Positions 13,001 to 28,500 of a DNA stretch of 64,000 nucleotides are shown here, piece by piece. Numbering within the stretch: the stretch's first letter is position 1; the number at the start of each line of letters is the position of its first letter. Source of the stretch: Auanema rhodensis (taxonomy: Eukaryota; Animalia; Nematoda); contig OZ059895.1 of NCBI GenBank assembly GCA_964057225.1, positions 22,134,001-22,198,000 of the forward strand. Direction: 5' to 3'. Position numbers and translations under genes: made by a program. Below the pieces are notes generated by a model. That model made no database searches. It was given only the letters and a program-made list of their open reading frames with translations, and was not told the origin of the DNA.

Positions 13001-14250
13001 TTTCAAAATTAGATTCCCCATGTCCATATTAGTCTAAAAACAAATTTTTATTAATATTGGTGCATGGTAACCATGACTTTGAAATTTACGTGAACTTTAA
13101 TTTATGCTAATTAAGTGTACACATGATGTGCACTTGGTATGTAACTCGCTTCACGTGAACGATGAAAAGATGCGGTTTTCAAAATTAGATTCCCCATGTC
13201 CATATTAGTCTAAAAACAAATTTTTATTGATATTGGTGCATGGTAACCATGACTTTGAAATTTACGTGAACTTTAATTTATGCTAATTAAGTGTACACAT
13301 GATGTGCACTTGGTATGTAACTCGCTTCACGTCAAAGATAAAGAGATGCGGTTTTCAAAATTAGATTCCCCATGTCCATATTAGTCTAAAAACAAATTTT
13401 TATTAATATTGGTGCATGGTAACCATGACTTTGAAATTTACGTGAACTTTAATTTATGCTAATTAAGTGTACACATGATGTGCACTTGGTATGTAACTCG
13501 CTTCACGTGAAAGATGAAGAGATGCGGTTTTCAAAATTAGATTCCCCATTTCCATATTAGTCTAAAAACAAATTTTTATTGATATGGGTGCATGGTAACC
13601 ATGACTTTGAAATTTACGTGAACTTTAATTTATGCTAATTAAGTGTACACATGATGTGCACTTGGTATGTAACTCGCTTCACGTGAAAGATGAAGAGATG
13701 AGGTTTTCAAAATTAGATTCCTCATGTCCATATTAGTCTAAAAACGAATTTTTATTGATATTGGTGCATGGTAACCATGACTTTGAAATTTACGTGAACT
13801 TTAATTTATGCTAATTAAGTGTACACATGATGTGCGCTTGGTATGTAACTCGCTTCACGTGAAAGATAAAGAGATGCGGTTTTCAAAATTAGATTCCCCA
13901 TTTCCATATTAGTCTAAAAACAAATTTTTATTGATATTGGTGCATGGCAACCATGACTTTAAAATTTACGTGAACTTTAATTTATGCTAATTAAGTGTAC
14001 ACATGATGTGCACTTGGTATGTAACTCGCTTCACGTCAAAGATAAAGAGATGCGGTTTTCAAAATTAGATTCCCCATGTCCATATTAGTCTAAAAACAAA
14101 TTTTTATTAATATTGGTGCATGGTAACCATGACTTTGAAATTTACGTGAACTTTAATTTATGCTAATTAAGTGTACACATGATGTGCACTTGGTATGTAA
14201 CTCGCTTCACGTGAAAGATGAAGAGATGCGGTTTTCAAAATTAGATTCCT

Positions 14251-17200
14251 CATGTCCATATTAGTCTAAAAACAAATTTTTATTAATATTGGTGCATGGT
14301 AACCCTGACTTTGAAATTTACGTGAACTTTAATTTATGCTAATTAAGTGTACACATGATGTGCGCTTGGTATGTAACTCGCTTCACGTGAAAGATAAAGA
14401 GATGCGGTTTTCAAAATTAGATTCCCCATTTCCATATTAGTCTAAAAACAAATTTTTATTGATATTGGTGCATGGCAACCATGACTTTAAAATTTACGTG
14501 AACTTTAATTTATGCTAATTAAGTGTACACATGATGTGCACTTGGTATGTAACTCGCTTCACGTGAAAGATGAAGAGATGCGGTTTTCAAAATTAGATTC
14601 CTCATGTCCATATTAGTCTAAAAACGAATTTTTATTGATATTGGTGCATGGTAACCATGACTTTGAAATTTACGTGAACTTTAATTTATGCTAATTAAGT
14701 GTACACATGATGTGCACTTGGTATGTAACTCGCTTCACGTGAAAGATGAAGAGATGCGGTTTTCAAAATTAGATTCCCCATTTCCATATTAGTCTAAAAA
14801 CAAATTTTTATTGATATGGGTGCATGGTAACCATGACTTTGAAATTTACGTGAACTTTAATTTATGCTAATTAAGTGTACACATGATGTGCGCTTGGTAT
14901 GTAACTCGCTTCACGTGAAAGATAAAGAGATGCGGTTTTCAAAATTAGATTCCCCATTTCCATGTTAGTCTAAAAACAAATTTTTATTGATATTGGTGCA
15001 TGGTAACCATGACTTTGAAATTTACGTGAACTTTAATTTATGCTAATTAAGTGTACACATGATGTGCACTTGGTATGTAACTCGCTTCACGTCAAAGATA
15101 AAGAGATGCGGTTTTCAAAATTAGATTCCCCATGTCCATATTAGTCTAAAAACAAATTTTTATTAATATTGGTGCATGGTAACCATGACTTTGAAATTTA
15201 CGTGAACTTTAATTTATGCTAATTAAGTGTACACATGATGTGCACTTGGTATGTAACTCGCTTCACGTGAAAGATGAAGAGATGCGGTTTTCAAAATTAG
15301 ATTCCTCATGTCCATATTAGTCTAAAAACGAATTTTTATCGATATTGGTGCATGGTAACCATGACTTTGAAATTTACGTGAACTTTAATTTATGCTAATT
15401 AAGTGTACACATGATGTGCACTTGGTATGTAACTCGCTTCACGTGAAAGATAAAGAGATGCGGTTTTCAAAATTAGATTCCCCATTTCCATGTTAGTCTA
15501 AAAACAAATTTTTATTGATATTGGTGCATGGTAACCATGACTTTGAAATTTACGTGAACTTTAATTTATGCTAATTAAGTGTACACATGATGTGCGCTTG
15601 GTATGTAACTCGCTTCACGTGAAAGATAAAGAGATGCGGTTTTCAAAATTAGATTCCCCATTTCCATATTAGTCTAAAAACAAATTTTTATTGATATTGG
15701 TGCATGGCAACCATGACTTTAAAATTTACGTGAACTTTAATTTATGCTAATTAAGTGTACACATGATGTGCACTTGGTATGTAACTCGCTTCACGTCAAA
15801 GATAAAGAGATGCGGTTTTCAAAATTAGATTCCCCATGTCCATATTAGTCTAAAAACAAATTTTTATTGATATTGGTGCATGGTAACCATGACTTTGAAA
15901 TTTACGTGAACTTTAATTTATGCTAATTAAGTGTACACATGATGTGCACTTGGTATGTAACTCGCTTCACGTCAAAGATAAAGAGATGCGGTTTTCAAAA
16001 TTAGATTCCCCATGTCCATATTAGTCTAAAAACAAATTTTTATTAATATTGGTGCATGGTAACCATGACTTTGAAATTTACGTGAACTTTAATTTATGCT
16101 AATTAAGTGTACACATGATGTGCACTTGGTATGTAACTCGCTTCACGTGAAAGATGAAGAGATGCGGTTTTCAAAATTAGATTCCTCATGTCCATATTAG
16201 TCTAAAAACGAATTTTTATCGATATTGGTGCATGGTAACCATGACTTTGAAATTTACGTGAACTTTAATTTATGCTAATTAAGTGTACACATGATGTGCA
16301 CTTGGTATGTAACTCGCTTCACGTGAAAGATAAAGAGATGCGGTTTTCAAAATTAGATTCCCCATTTCCATGTTAGTCTAAAAACAAATTTTTATTGATA
16401 TTGGTGCATGGTAACCATGACTTTGAAATTTACGTGAACTTTAATTTATGCTAATTAAGTGTACACATGATGTGCGCTTGGTATGTAACTCGCTTCACGT
16501 GAAAGATAAAGAGATGCGGTTTTCAAAATTAGATTCCCCATTTCCATATTAGTCTAAAAACAAATTTTTATTGATATTGGTGCATGGCAACCATGACTTT
16601 AAAATTTACGTGAACTTTAATTTATGCTAATTAAGTGTACACATGATGTGCACTTGGTATGTAACTCGCTTCACGTCAAAGATAAAGAGATGCGGTTTTC
16701 AAAATTAGATTCCCCATGTCCATATTAGTCTAAAAACAAATTTTTATTAATATTGGTGCATGGTAACCATGACTTTGAAATTTACGTGAACTTTAATTTA
16801 TGCTAATTAAGTGTACACATGATGTGCACTTGGTATGTAACTCGCTTCACGTCAAAGATAAAGAGATGCGGTTTTCAAAATTAGATTCCCCATGTCCATA
16901 TTAGTCTAAAAACAAATTTTTATTAATATTGGTGCATGGTAACCATGACTTTGAAATTTACGTGAACTTTAATTTATGCTAATTAAGTGTACACATGATG
17001 TGAACTTGGTATGTAACTCGCTTCACATGAAAGATGAAGAGATGCAGTTTTCAAAATTAGATTCCTCATGTCCATATTAGTCTAAAAACGAATTTTTATC
17101 GATATTGGTGCATGGTAACCATGACTTTGAAATTTACGTGAACTTTAATTTATGCTAATTAAGTGTACACATGATGTGCACTTGGTATGTAACTCGCTTC

Positions 17201-20200
17201 ACGTGAAAGATGAAGAGATGCGGTTTTCAAAATTAGATTCCTCATGTCCATATTAGTCTAAAAACGAATTTTTATCGATATTGGTGCATGGTAACCATGA
17301 CTTTGAAATTTACGTGAACTTTAATTTATGCTAATTAAGTGTACACATGATGTGCACTTGGTATGTAACTCGCTTCACGTGAAAGATAAAGAGATGCGGT
17401 TTTCAAAATTAGATTCCCCATTTCCATGTTAGTCTAAAAACAAATTTTTATTGATATTGGTGCATGGTAACCATGACTTTGAAATTTACGTGAACTTTAA
17501 TTTATGCTAATTAAGTGTACACATGATGTGCGCTTGGTATGTAACTCGCTTCACGTGAAAGATAAAGAGATGCGGTTTTCAAAATTAGATTCCCCATTTC
17601 CATATTAGTCTAAAAACAAATTTTTATTGATATTGGTGCATGGCAACCACGACTTTAAAATTTACGTGAACTTTAATTTATGCTAATTAAGTGTACACAT
17701 GATGTGCACTTGGTATGTAACTCGCTTCACGTGAAAGATGAAGAGATGCGGTTTTCAAAATTAGATTCCTCATGTCCATATTAGTCTAAAAACGAATTTT
17801 TATCGATATTGGTGCATGGTAACCATGACTTTGAAATTTACGTGAACTTTAATTTATGCTAATTAAGTGTACACATGATGTGCACTTGGTATGTAACTCG
17901 CTTCACGTCAAAGATAAAGAGATGCGGTTTTCAAAATTAGATTCCTCATGTCCATATTAGTCTAAAAACGAATTTTTATCGATATTGGTGCATGGTAACC
18001 ATGACTTTGAAATTTACGTGAACTTTAATTTATGTTAATTAAGTGTACACATGATGTGCACTTGGTATGTAACTCGCTTCACGTGAAAGATAAAGAGATG
18101 CGGTTTTCAAAATTAGATTCCCCATTTCCATGTTAGTCTAAAAACAAATTTTTATTGATATTGGTGCATGGTAACCATGACTTTGAAATTTACGTGAACT
18201 TTAATTTATGCTAATTAAGTGTACACATGATGTGCGCTTGGTATGTAACTCGCTTCACGTGAAAGATAAAGAGATGCGGTTTTCAAAATTAGATTCCCCA
18301 TTTCCATATTAGTCTAAAAACAAATTTTTATTGATATTGGTGCATGGCAACCATGACTTTAAAATTTACGTGAACTTTAATTTATGCTAATTAAGTGTAC
18401 ACATGATGTGCACTTGGTATGTAACTCGCTTCACGTCAAAGATAAAGAGATGCGGTTTTCAAAATTAGATTCCCCATGTCCATATTAGTCTAAAAACAAA
18501 TTTTTATTGATATTGGTGCATGGTAACCATGACTTTGAAATTTACGTGAACTTTAATTTATGCTAATTAAGTGTACACATGATGTGCACTTGGTATGTAA
18601 CTCGCTTCACGTCAAAGATAAAGAGATGCGGTTTTCAAAATTAGATTCCCCATGTCCATATTAGTCTAAAAACAAATTTTTATTAATATTGGTGCATGGT
18701 AACCATGACTTTGAAATTTACGTGAACTTTAATTTATGCTAATTAAGTGTACACATGATGTGCGCTTGGTATGTAACTCGCTTCACGTGAAAGATAAAGA
18801 GATGCGGTTTTCAAAATTAGATTCCCCATTTCCATATTAGTCTAAAAACAAATTTTTATTGATATTGGTGCATGGCAACCATGACTTTAAAATTTACGTG
18901 AACTTTAATTTATGCTAATTAAGTGTACACATGATGTGCACTTGGTATGTAACTCGCTTCACGTGAAAGATGAAGAGATGCGGTTTTCAAAATTAGATTC
19001 CTCATGTCCATATTAGTCTAAAAACGAATTTTTATTGATATTGGTGCATGGTAACCATGACTTTGAAATTTACGTGAACTTTAATTTATGCTAATTAAGT
19101 GTCTACATGATGTGCACTTGGTATGTAACTCGCTTCACGTGAAAGATGAAGAGATGCGGTTTTCAAAATTAGATTCCCCATTTCCATATTAGTCTAAAAA
19201 CAAATTTTTATTGATATGGGTGCATGGTAACCATGACTTTGAAATTTACGTGAACTTTAATTTATGCTAATTAAGTGTACACATGATGTGCGCTTGGTAT
19301 GTAACTCGCTTCACGTGAAAGATAAAGAGATGCGGTTTTCAAAATTAGATTCCCCATTTCCATGTTAGTCTAAAAACAAATTTTTATTGATATTGGTGCA
19401 TGGTAACCATGACTTTGAAATTTACGTGAACTTTAATTTATGCTAATTAAGTGTACACATGATGTGCACTTGGTATGTAACTCGCTTCACGTCAAAGATA
19501 AAGAGATGCGGTTTTCAAAATTAGATTCCCCATGTCCATATTAGTCTAAAAACAAATTTTTATTAATATTGGTGCATGGTAACCATGACTTTGAAATTTA
19601 CGTGAACTTTAATTTATGCTAATTAAGTGTACACATGATGTGCACTTGGTATGTAACTCGCTTCACGTGAAAGATGAAGAGATGCGGTTTTCAAAATTAG
19701 ATTCCTCATGTCCATATTAGTCTAAAAACGAATTTTTATCGATATTGGTGCATGGTAACCATGACTTTGAAATTTACGTGAACTTTAATTTATGCTAATT
19801 AAGTGTACACATGATGTGCACTTGGTATGTAACTCGCTTCACGTGAAAGATAAAGAGATGCGGTTTTCAAAATTAGATTCCCCATTTCCATGTTAGTCTA
19901 AAAACAAATTTTTATTGATATTGGTGCATGGTAACCATGACTTTGAAATTTACGTGAACTTTAATTTATGCTAATTAAGTGTACACATGATGTGCGCTTG
20001 GTATGTAACTCGCTTCACGTGAAAGATAAAGAGATGCGGTTTTCAAAATTAGATTCCCCATTTCCATATTAGTCTAAAAACAAATTTTTATTGATATTGG
20101 TGCATGGCAACCATGACTTTAAAATTTACGTGAACTTTAATTTATGCTAATTAAGTGTACACATGATGTGCACTTGGTATGTAACTCGCTTCACGTCAAA

Positions 20201-23163
20201 GATAAAGAGATGCGGTTTTCAAAATTAGATTCCCCATGTCCATATTAGTCTAAAAACAAATTTTTATTGATATTGGTGCATGGTAACCATGACTTTGAAA
20301 TTTACGTGAACTTTAATTTATGCTAATTAAGTGTACACATGATGTGCACTTGGTATGTAACTCGCTTCACGTCAAAGATAAAGAGATGCGGTTTTCAAAA
20401 TTAGATTCCCCATGTCCATATTAGTCTAAAAACAAATTTTTATTAATATTGGTGCATGGTAACCATGACTTTGAAATTTACGTGAACTTTAATTTATGCT
20501 AATTAAGTGTACACATGATGTGCACTTGGTATGTAACTCGCTTCACGTGAAAGATGAAGAGATGCGGTTTTCAAAATTAGATTCCTCATGTCCATATTAG
20601 TCTAAAAACGAATTTTTATCGATATTGGTGCATGGTAACCATGACTTTGAAATTTACGTGAACTTTAATTTATGCTAATTAAGTGTACACATGATGTGCA
20701 CTTGGTATGTAACTCGCTTCACGTGAAAGATAAAGAGATGCGGTTTTCAAAATTAGATTCCCCATTTCCATGTTAGTCTAAAAACAAATTTTTATTGATA
20801 TTGGTGCATGGTAACCATGACTTTGAAATTTACGTGAACTTTAATTTATGCTAATTAAGTGTACACATGATGTGCGCTTGGTATGTAACTCGCTTCACGT
20901 GAAAGATAAAGAGATGCGGTTTTCAAAATTAGATTCCCCATTTCCATATTAGTCTAAAAACAAATTTTTATTGATATTGGTGCATGGCAACCATGACTTT
21001 AAAATTTACGTGAACTTTAATTTATGCTAATTAAGTGTACACATGATGTGCACTTGGTATGTAACTCGCTTCACGTCAAAGATAAAGAGATGCGGTTTTC
21101 AAAATTAGATTCCCCATGTCCATATTAGTCTAAAAACAAATTTTTATTAATATTGGTGCATGGTAACCATGACTTTGAAATTTACGTGAACTTTAATTTA
21201 TGCTAATTAAGTGTACACATGATGTGCACTTGGTATGTAACTCGCTTCACGTCAAAGATAAAGAGATGCGGTTTTCAAAATTAGATTCCCCATGTCCATA
21301 TTAGTCTAAAAACAAATTTTTATTAATATTGGTGCATGGTAACCATGACTTTGAAATTTACGTGAACTTTAATTTATGCTAATTAAGTGTACACATGATG
21401 TGAACTTGGTATGTAACTCGCTTCACATGAAAGATGAAGAGATGCAGTTTTCAAAATTAGATTCCTCATGTCCATATTAGTCTAAAAACGAATTTTTATC
21501 GATATTGGTGCATGGTAACCATGACTTTGAAATTTACGTGAACTTTAATTTATGCTAATTAAGTGTACACATGATGTGCACTTGGTATGTAACTCGCTTC
21601 ACGTGAAAGATGAAGAGATGCGGTTTTCAAAATTAGATTCCTCATGTCCATATTAGTCTAAAAACGAATTTTTATCGATATTGGTGCATGGTAACCATGA
21701 CTTTGAAATTTACGTGAACTTTAATTTATGCTAATTAAGTGTACACATGATGTGCACTTGGTATGTAACTCGCTTCACGTGAAAGATAAAGAGATGCGGT
21801 TTTCAAAATTAGATTCCCCATTTCCATGTTAGTCTAAAAACAAATTTTTATTGATATTGGTGCATGGTAACCATGACTTTGAAATTTACGTGAACTTTAA
21901 TTTATGCTAATTAAGTGTACACATGATGTGCGCTTGGTATGTAACTCGCTTCACGTGAAAGATAAAGAGATGCGGTTTTCAAAATTAGATTCCCCATTTC
22001 CATATTAGTCTAAAAACAAATTTTTATTGATATTGGTGCATGGCAACCACGACTTTAAAATTTACGTGAACTTTAATTTATGCTAATTAAGTGTACACAT
22101 GATGTGCACTTGGTATGTAACTCGCTTCACGTGAAAGATGAAGAGATGCGGTTTTCAAAATTAGATTCCTCATGTCCATATTAGTCTAAAAACGAATTTT
22201 TATCGATATTGGTGCATGGTAACCATGACTTTGAAATTTACGTGAACTTTAATTTATGCTAATTAAGTGTACACATGATGTGCACTTGGTATGTAACTCG
22301 CTTCACGTCAAAGATAAAGAGATGCGGTTTTCAAAATTAGATTCCTCATGTCCATATTAGTCTAAAAACGAATTTTTATCGATATTGGTGCATGGTAACC
22401 ATGACTTTGAAATTTACGTGAACTTTAATTTATGCTAATTAAGTGTACACATGATGTGCACTTGGTATGTAACTCGCTTCACGTGAAAGATAAAGAGATG
22501 CGGTTTTCAAAATTAGATTCCCCATTTCCATGTTAGTCTAAAAACAAATTTTTATTGATATTGGTGCATGGTAACCATGACTTTGAAATTTACGTGAACT
22601 TTAATTTATGCTAATTAAGTGTACACATGATGTGCGCTTGGTATGTAACTCGCTTCACGTGAAAGATAAAGAGATGCGGTTTTCAAAATTAGATTCCCCA
22701 TTTCCATATTAGTCTAAAAACAAATTTTTATTGATATTGGTGCATGGCAACCATGACTTTAAAATTTACGTGAACTTTAATTTATGCTAATTAAGTGTAC
22801 ACATGATGTGCACTTGGTATGTAACTCGCTTCACGTCAAAGATAAAGAGATGCGGTTTTCAAAATTAGATTCCCCATGTCCATATTAGTCTAAAAACAAA
22901 TTTTTATTGATATTGGTGCATGGTAACCATGACTTTGAAATTTACGTGAACTTTAATTTATGCTAATTAAGTGTACACATGATGTGCACTTGGTATGTAA
23001 CTCGCTTCACGTCAAAGATAAAGAGATGCGGTTTTCAAAATTAGATTCCCCATGTCCATATTAGTCTAAAAACAAATTTTTATTAATATTGGTGCATGGT
23101 AACCATGACTTTGAAATTTACGTGAACTTTAATTTATGCTAATTAAGTGTACACATGATGTGC
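14251..23163 (+). repeat. Tandem 25-monomer duplication (4400 bp unit)
   Basis: CTTCACATGA...GATGCAG at 17021/21421, GGCAACCAC at about 17642/22042 and ATGGG at about 14816/19216. Only three differences were noticed (about 14305, 18035, 19103-19104). Confidence 0.9.
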
Positions 23164-24779
23164 ACTTGGTATGTAACTCGCTTCACGTGTAAGATGAAGA
23201 GATGCGGTTTTCAAAATTAGATTCCTCATGTCCATATTAGTCTAAAAACGAATTTTTATCGATATTGGTGCATGGTAACCATGACTTTGAAATTTACGTG
23301 AACTTTAATTTATGCTAATTAAGTGTACACATGATGTGCACTTGGTATGTAACTCGCTTCACGTGAAAGATAAAGAGATGCGGTTTTCAAAATTAGATTC
23401 CCCATTTCCATGTTAGTCTAAAAACAAATTTTTATTGATATTGGTGCATGGTAACCATGACTTTGAAATTTACGTGAACTTTAATTTATGCTAATTAAGT
23501 GTACACATGATGTGCGCTTGGTATGTAACTCGCTTCACGTGAAAGATAAAGAGATGCGGTTTTCAAAATTAGATTCCCCATTTCCATATTAGTCTAAAAA
23601 CAAATTTTTATTGATATTGGTGCGTGGCAACCATGACTTTAAAATTTACGTGAACTTTAATTTATGCTAATTAAGTGTACACATGATGTGCACTTGGTAT
23701 GTAACTCGCTTCACGTCAAAGATAAAGAGATGCGGTTTTCAAAATTAGATTCCCCATGTCCATATTAGTCTAAAAACAAATTTTTATTAATATTGGTGCA
23801 TGGTAACCATGACTTTGAAATTTACGTGAACTTTAATTTATGCTAATTAAGTGTACACATGATGTGCACTTGGTATGTAACTCGCTTCACGTCAAAGATA
23901 AAGAGATGCGGTTTTCAAAATTAGATTCCCCATGTCCATATTAGTCTAAAAACAAATTTTTATTAATATTGGTGCATGGTAACCATGACTTTGAAATTTA
24001 CGTGAACTTTAATTTATGCTAATTAAGTGTACACATGATGTGAACTTGGTATGTAACTCGCTTCACGTGAAAGATGAAGAGATGCAGTTTTCAAAATTAG
24101 ATTCCTCATGTCCATATTAGTCTAAAAACGAATTTTTATCGATATTGGTGCATGGTAACCATGACTTTGAAATTTACGTGAACTTTAATTTATGCTAATT
24201 AAGTGTACACATGATGTGCACTTGGTATGTAACTCGCTTCACGTGAAAGATGAAGAGATGCGGTTTTCAAAATTAGATTCCTCATGTCCATATTAGTCTA
24301 AAAACGAATTTTTATCGATATTGGTGCATGGTAACCATGACTTTGAAATTTACGTGAACTTTAATTTATGCTAATTAAGTGTACACATGATGTGCACTTG
24401 GTATGTAACTCGCTTCACGTGAAAGATAAAGAGATGCGGTTTTCAAAATTAGATTCCCCATTTCCATGTTAGTCTAAAAACAAATTTTTATTGATATTGG
24501 TGCATGGTAACCATGACTTTGAAATTTACGTGAACTTTAATTTATGCTAATTAAGTGTACACATGATGTGCGCTTGGTATGTAACTCGCTTCACGTGAAA
24601 GATAAAGAGATGCGGTTTTCAAAATTAGATTCCCCATTTCCATATTAGTCTAAAAACAAATTTTTATTGATATTGGTGCATGGCAACCACGACTTTAAAA
24701 TTTACGTGAACTTTAATTTATGCTAATTAAGTGTACACATGATGTGCACTTGGTATGTAACTCGCTTCACGTGAAAGAT
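19677..24779 (+). repeat. 15-monomer-offset duplication (2640 bp): about 19677-22139 vs about 22317-24779
   Basis: TGAACTT 21401/24041, GATGCAG 21441/24081, GGCAACCAC 22042/24682. Differences at about 23190, 23624 and 24067. Confidence 0.85.
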
Positions 24780-25524
24780 AAAGAGATGCGGTTTTCAAAA
24801 TTAGATTCCCCATTTCCATATTAGTCTAAAAACAAATTTTTATTGATATTGGTGCATGGCAACCACGACTTTAAAATTTACGTGAACTTTAATTTATGCT
24901 AATTAAGTGTACACATGATGTGCACTTGGTATGTAACTCGCTTCACGTCAAAGATAAAGAGATGCGGTTTTCAAAATTAGATTCCCCATGTCCATATTAG
25001 TCTAAAAACAAATTTTTATTGATATTGGTGCATGGTAACCATGACTTTGAAATTTACGTGAACTTTAATTTATGCTAATTAAGTGTACACATGATGTGCA
25101 CTTGGTATGTAACTCGCTTCACGTCAAAGATAAAGAGATGCGGTTTTCAAAATTAGATTCCCCATGTCCATATTAGTCTAAAAACAAATTTTTATTAATA
25201 TTGGTGCATGGTAACCATGACTTTGAAATTTACGTGAACTTTAATTTATGCTAATTAAGTGTACACATGATGTGCACTTGGTATGTAACTCGCTTCACGT
25301 GAAAGATGAAGAGATGCGGTTTTCAAAATTAGATTCCTCATGTCCATATTAGTCTAAAAACGAATTTTTATCGATATTGGTGCATGGTAACCATGACTTT
25401 GAAATTTACGTGAACTTTAATTTATGCTAATTAAGTGTACACATGATGTGCACTTGGTATGTAACTCGCTTCACGTGAAAGATAAAGAGATGCGGTTTTC
25501 AAAATTAGATTCCCCATTTCCATG

Positions 25525-28500
25525 TTAGTCTAAAAACAAATTTTTATTGATATTGGTGCATGGTAACCATGACTTTGAAATTTACGTGAACTTTAATTTA
25601 TGCTAATTAAGTGTACACATGATGTGCGCTTGGTATGTAACTCGCTTCACGTGAAAGATAAAGAGATGCGGTTTTCAAAATTAGATTCCCCATTTCCATA
25701 TTAGTCTAAAAACAAATTTTTATTGATATTGGTGCATGGCAACGATGACTTTAAAATTTACGTGAACTTTAATTTATGCTAATTAAGTGTACACATGATG
25801 TGCACTTGGTATGTAACTCGCTTCACGTCAAAGATAAAGAGATGCGGTTTTCAAAATTAGATTCCCCATGTCCATATTAGTCTAAAAACAAATTTTTAGT
25901 AATATTGGTGCATGGTAACCATGACTTTGAAATTTACGTGAACTTTAATTTATGCTTATTAAGTGTACACGTGATGTGCACTTGGTATGTAACTCGCTTC
26001 ACGTGAAAGATGAAGAGATGCGGTTTTCAAAATTAGATTCCTCATGTCCATATTAGTCTAAAAACGAATTTTTATCGATATTGGTGCATGGTAACCATGA
26101 CTTTGAAATTTACGTGAACTTTAATTTATGCTAATTAAGTGTACACATGATGTGCGCTTGGTATGTAACTCGCTTCACGTGAAAGATAAAGAGATGCGGT
26201 TTTCAAAATTAGATTCATCATTTCCATATTAGTCTAAAAACAAATTTTTATTGATATTGGTGCATGGCAACCATGACTTTAAAATTTACGTGAACTTTAA
26301 TTTATGCTAATTAAGTGTACACATGATGTGCACTTGGTATGTAACTCGCTTCACGTCAAAGATAAAGAGATGCGGTTTTCAAAATTAGATTCCCCATGTC
26401 CATATTAGTCTAAAAACAAATTTTTATTAATATTGGTGCATGGTAACCATGACTTTGAAATTTACGTGAACTTTAATTTATGCTAATTAAGTGTACACAT
26501 GATGTGCACTTGGTATGTAACTCGCTTCACGTCAAAGATGAAGAGATGCGGTTTTCAAAATTAGATTCCTCATCTCCATATTAGTCTAAAAACGAATTTT
26601 TATTGATATTGGTGCATGGTAACCATGACTTTGAAATTTACGTGAACTTTAATTTATGCTAATTAAGTGTACACATGATGTGCACTTGGTATGTAACTCG
26701 CTTCACGTGAAAGATGAAGAGATGCGGTTTTCAAAATTAGATTCCTCATGTCCATATTAGTCCAAAAACGAATTTTTATTGATATTGGTGCATGGTAACC
26801 ATGACTTTGAAATTTACGTGAACTTTAATTTATGCTTATTAAGTGTACACGTGATGTGCACTTGGTATGTAACTCGCTTCACGTGAAAGATAAAGGGATG
26901 CGGTTTTCAAAATTAGATTCCCCATGTCCATATTAGTCTAAAAACAAATTTTTATTGATATTGGTGCATGGTAACCATGACTTTGAAATTTACGTGAACT
27001 TTAATTTATGCTAATTAAGTGTACACATGATGTGCTCTTGGTATGTAACTCGCTTCACGTGAAAGATGAAGAGATGCGGTTTTCAAAATTAGATTCCCCA
27101 TTTCCATGTTAGTCTAAAAACAAATTTTTATTGATATTGGTGCATGGCAACCATGACTTTAAAATTTACGTGAACTTTAATTTATGCTAATTAAGTGTAC
27201 ACATGATGTGCATTTGGTATGTAACTCGCTTCACGTCAAAGATAAAGAGATGCGGTTTTCAAAATTAGATTCCCCATGTCCATATTAGTCTAAAAACAAT
27301 TTTTTATTAATATTGGTGCATGGTAACCATGACTTTGAAATTTACGTGAACTTTAATTTATGCTAATTAAGTGTACACATGATGTGCACTTGGTATGTAA
27401 CTCGCTTCACGTGAAAGATGAAGAGATGCGGTTTTCAAAATTAGATTCCTCATGTCCATATTAGTCTGAAAACAAATTTTTGTTGATATTGGTGCATGGC
27501 AACCATGACTTTAAAATTTACGTGAACTTTAATTTATGCTAATTAAGTGTACACATGATGTGCACTTGGTATGTAACTCGCTTCACGTCAAAGATAAAGA
27601 GATGCGGTTTTCAAAATTAGATTCCCCATGTCCATATTAGTCTAAAAACAATTTTTGATTAATATTGGTGCATGGTAACCATGACTTTGAAATTTACGTG
27701 AACTTTAATTTATGCTAATTAAGTGTACACATGATGTGCGCTTGGTATGTAACTCGCTTCACGTGAAAGATAAAGAGATGCGGTTTTCAAAATTAGATTC
27801 CCCATTTCCATATTAGTCTGAAAACAAATTTTTGTTGATATTGGTGCATGGCAACCATGACTTTAAAATTTACGTGAACTTTAATTTATGCTAATTAAGT
27901 GTACACATGATGTGCACTTGGTATGTAACTCGCTTCACGTCAAAGATAAAGAGATGCGGTTTTCAAAATTAGATTCCCCATGTCCATATTAGTCTAAAAA
28001 CAAATTTTTATTAATATTGGTGCATGGTAACCATGACTTTGAAATTTACGTGAACTTTAATTTATGCTAATTAAGTGTACACATGATGTGCACTTGGTAT
28101 GTAACTCGCTTCACGTGAAAGATGAAGAGATGCGGTTTTCAAAATTAGATTCCTCATGTCCATATTAGTCTAAAAACGAATTTTTATTGATATTGGTGCA
28201 TGGTAACCATGACTTTGAAATTTACGTGAACTTTAATTTATGCTTATTAAGTGTACACGTGATGTGCACTTGGTATGTAACTCGCTTCACGTGAAAGATA
28301 AAGGGATGCGGTTTTCAAAATTAGATTCCCCATGTCCATATTAGTCTAAAAACAAATTTTTATTGATATTGGTGCATGGCAACCATGACTTTGAAATTTA
28401 CGTGAACTTTAATTTATGCTAATTAAGTGTACACATGATGTGCACTTGGTATGTAACTCGCTTCACGTGAAAGATGAAGAGATGCGGTTTTCAAAATTAG

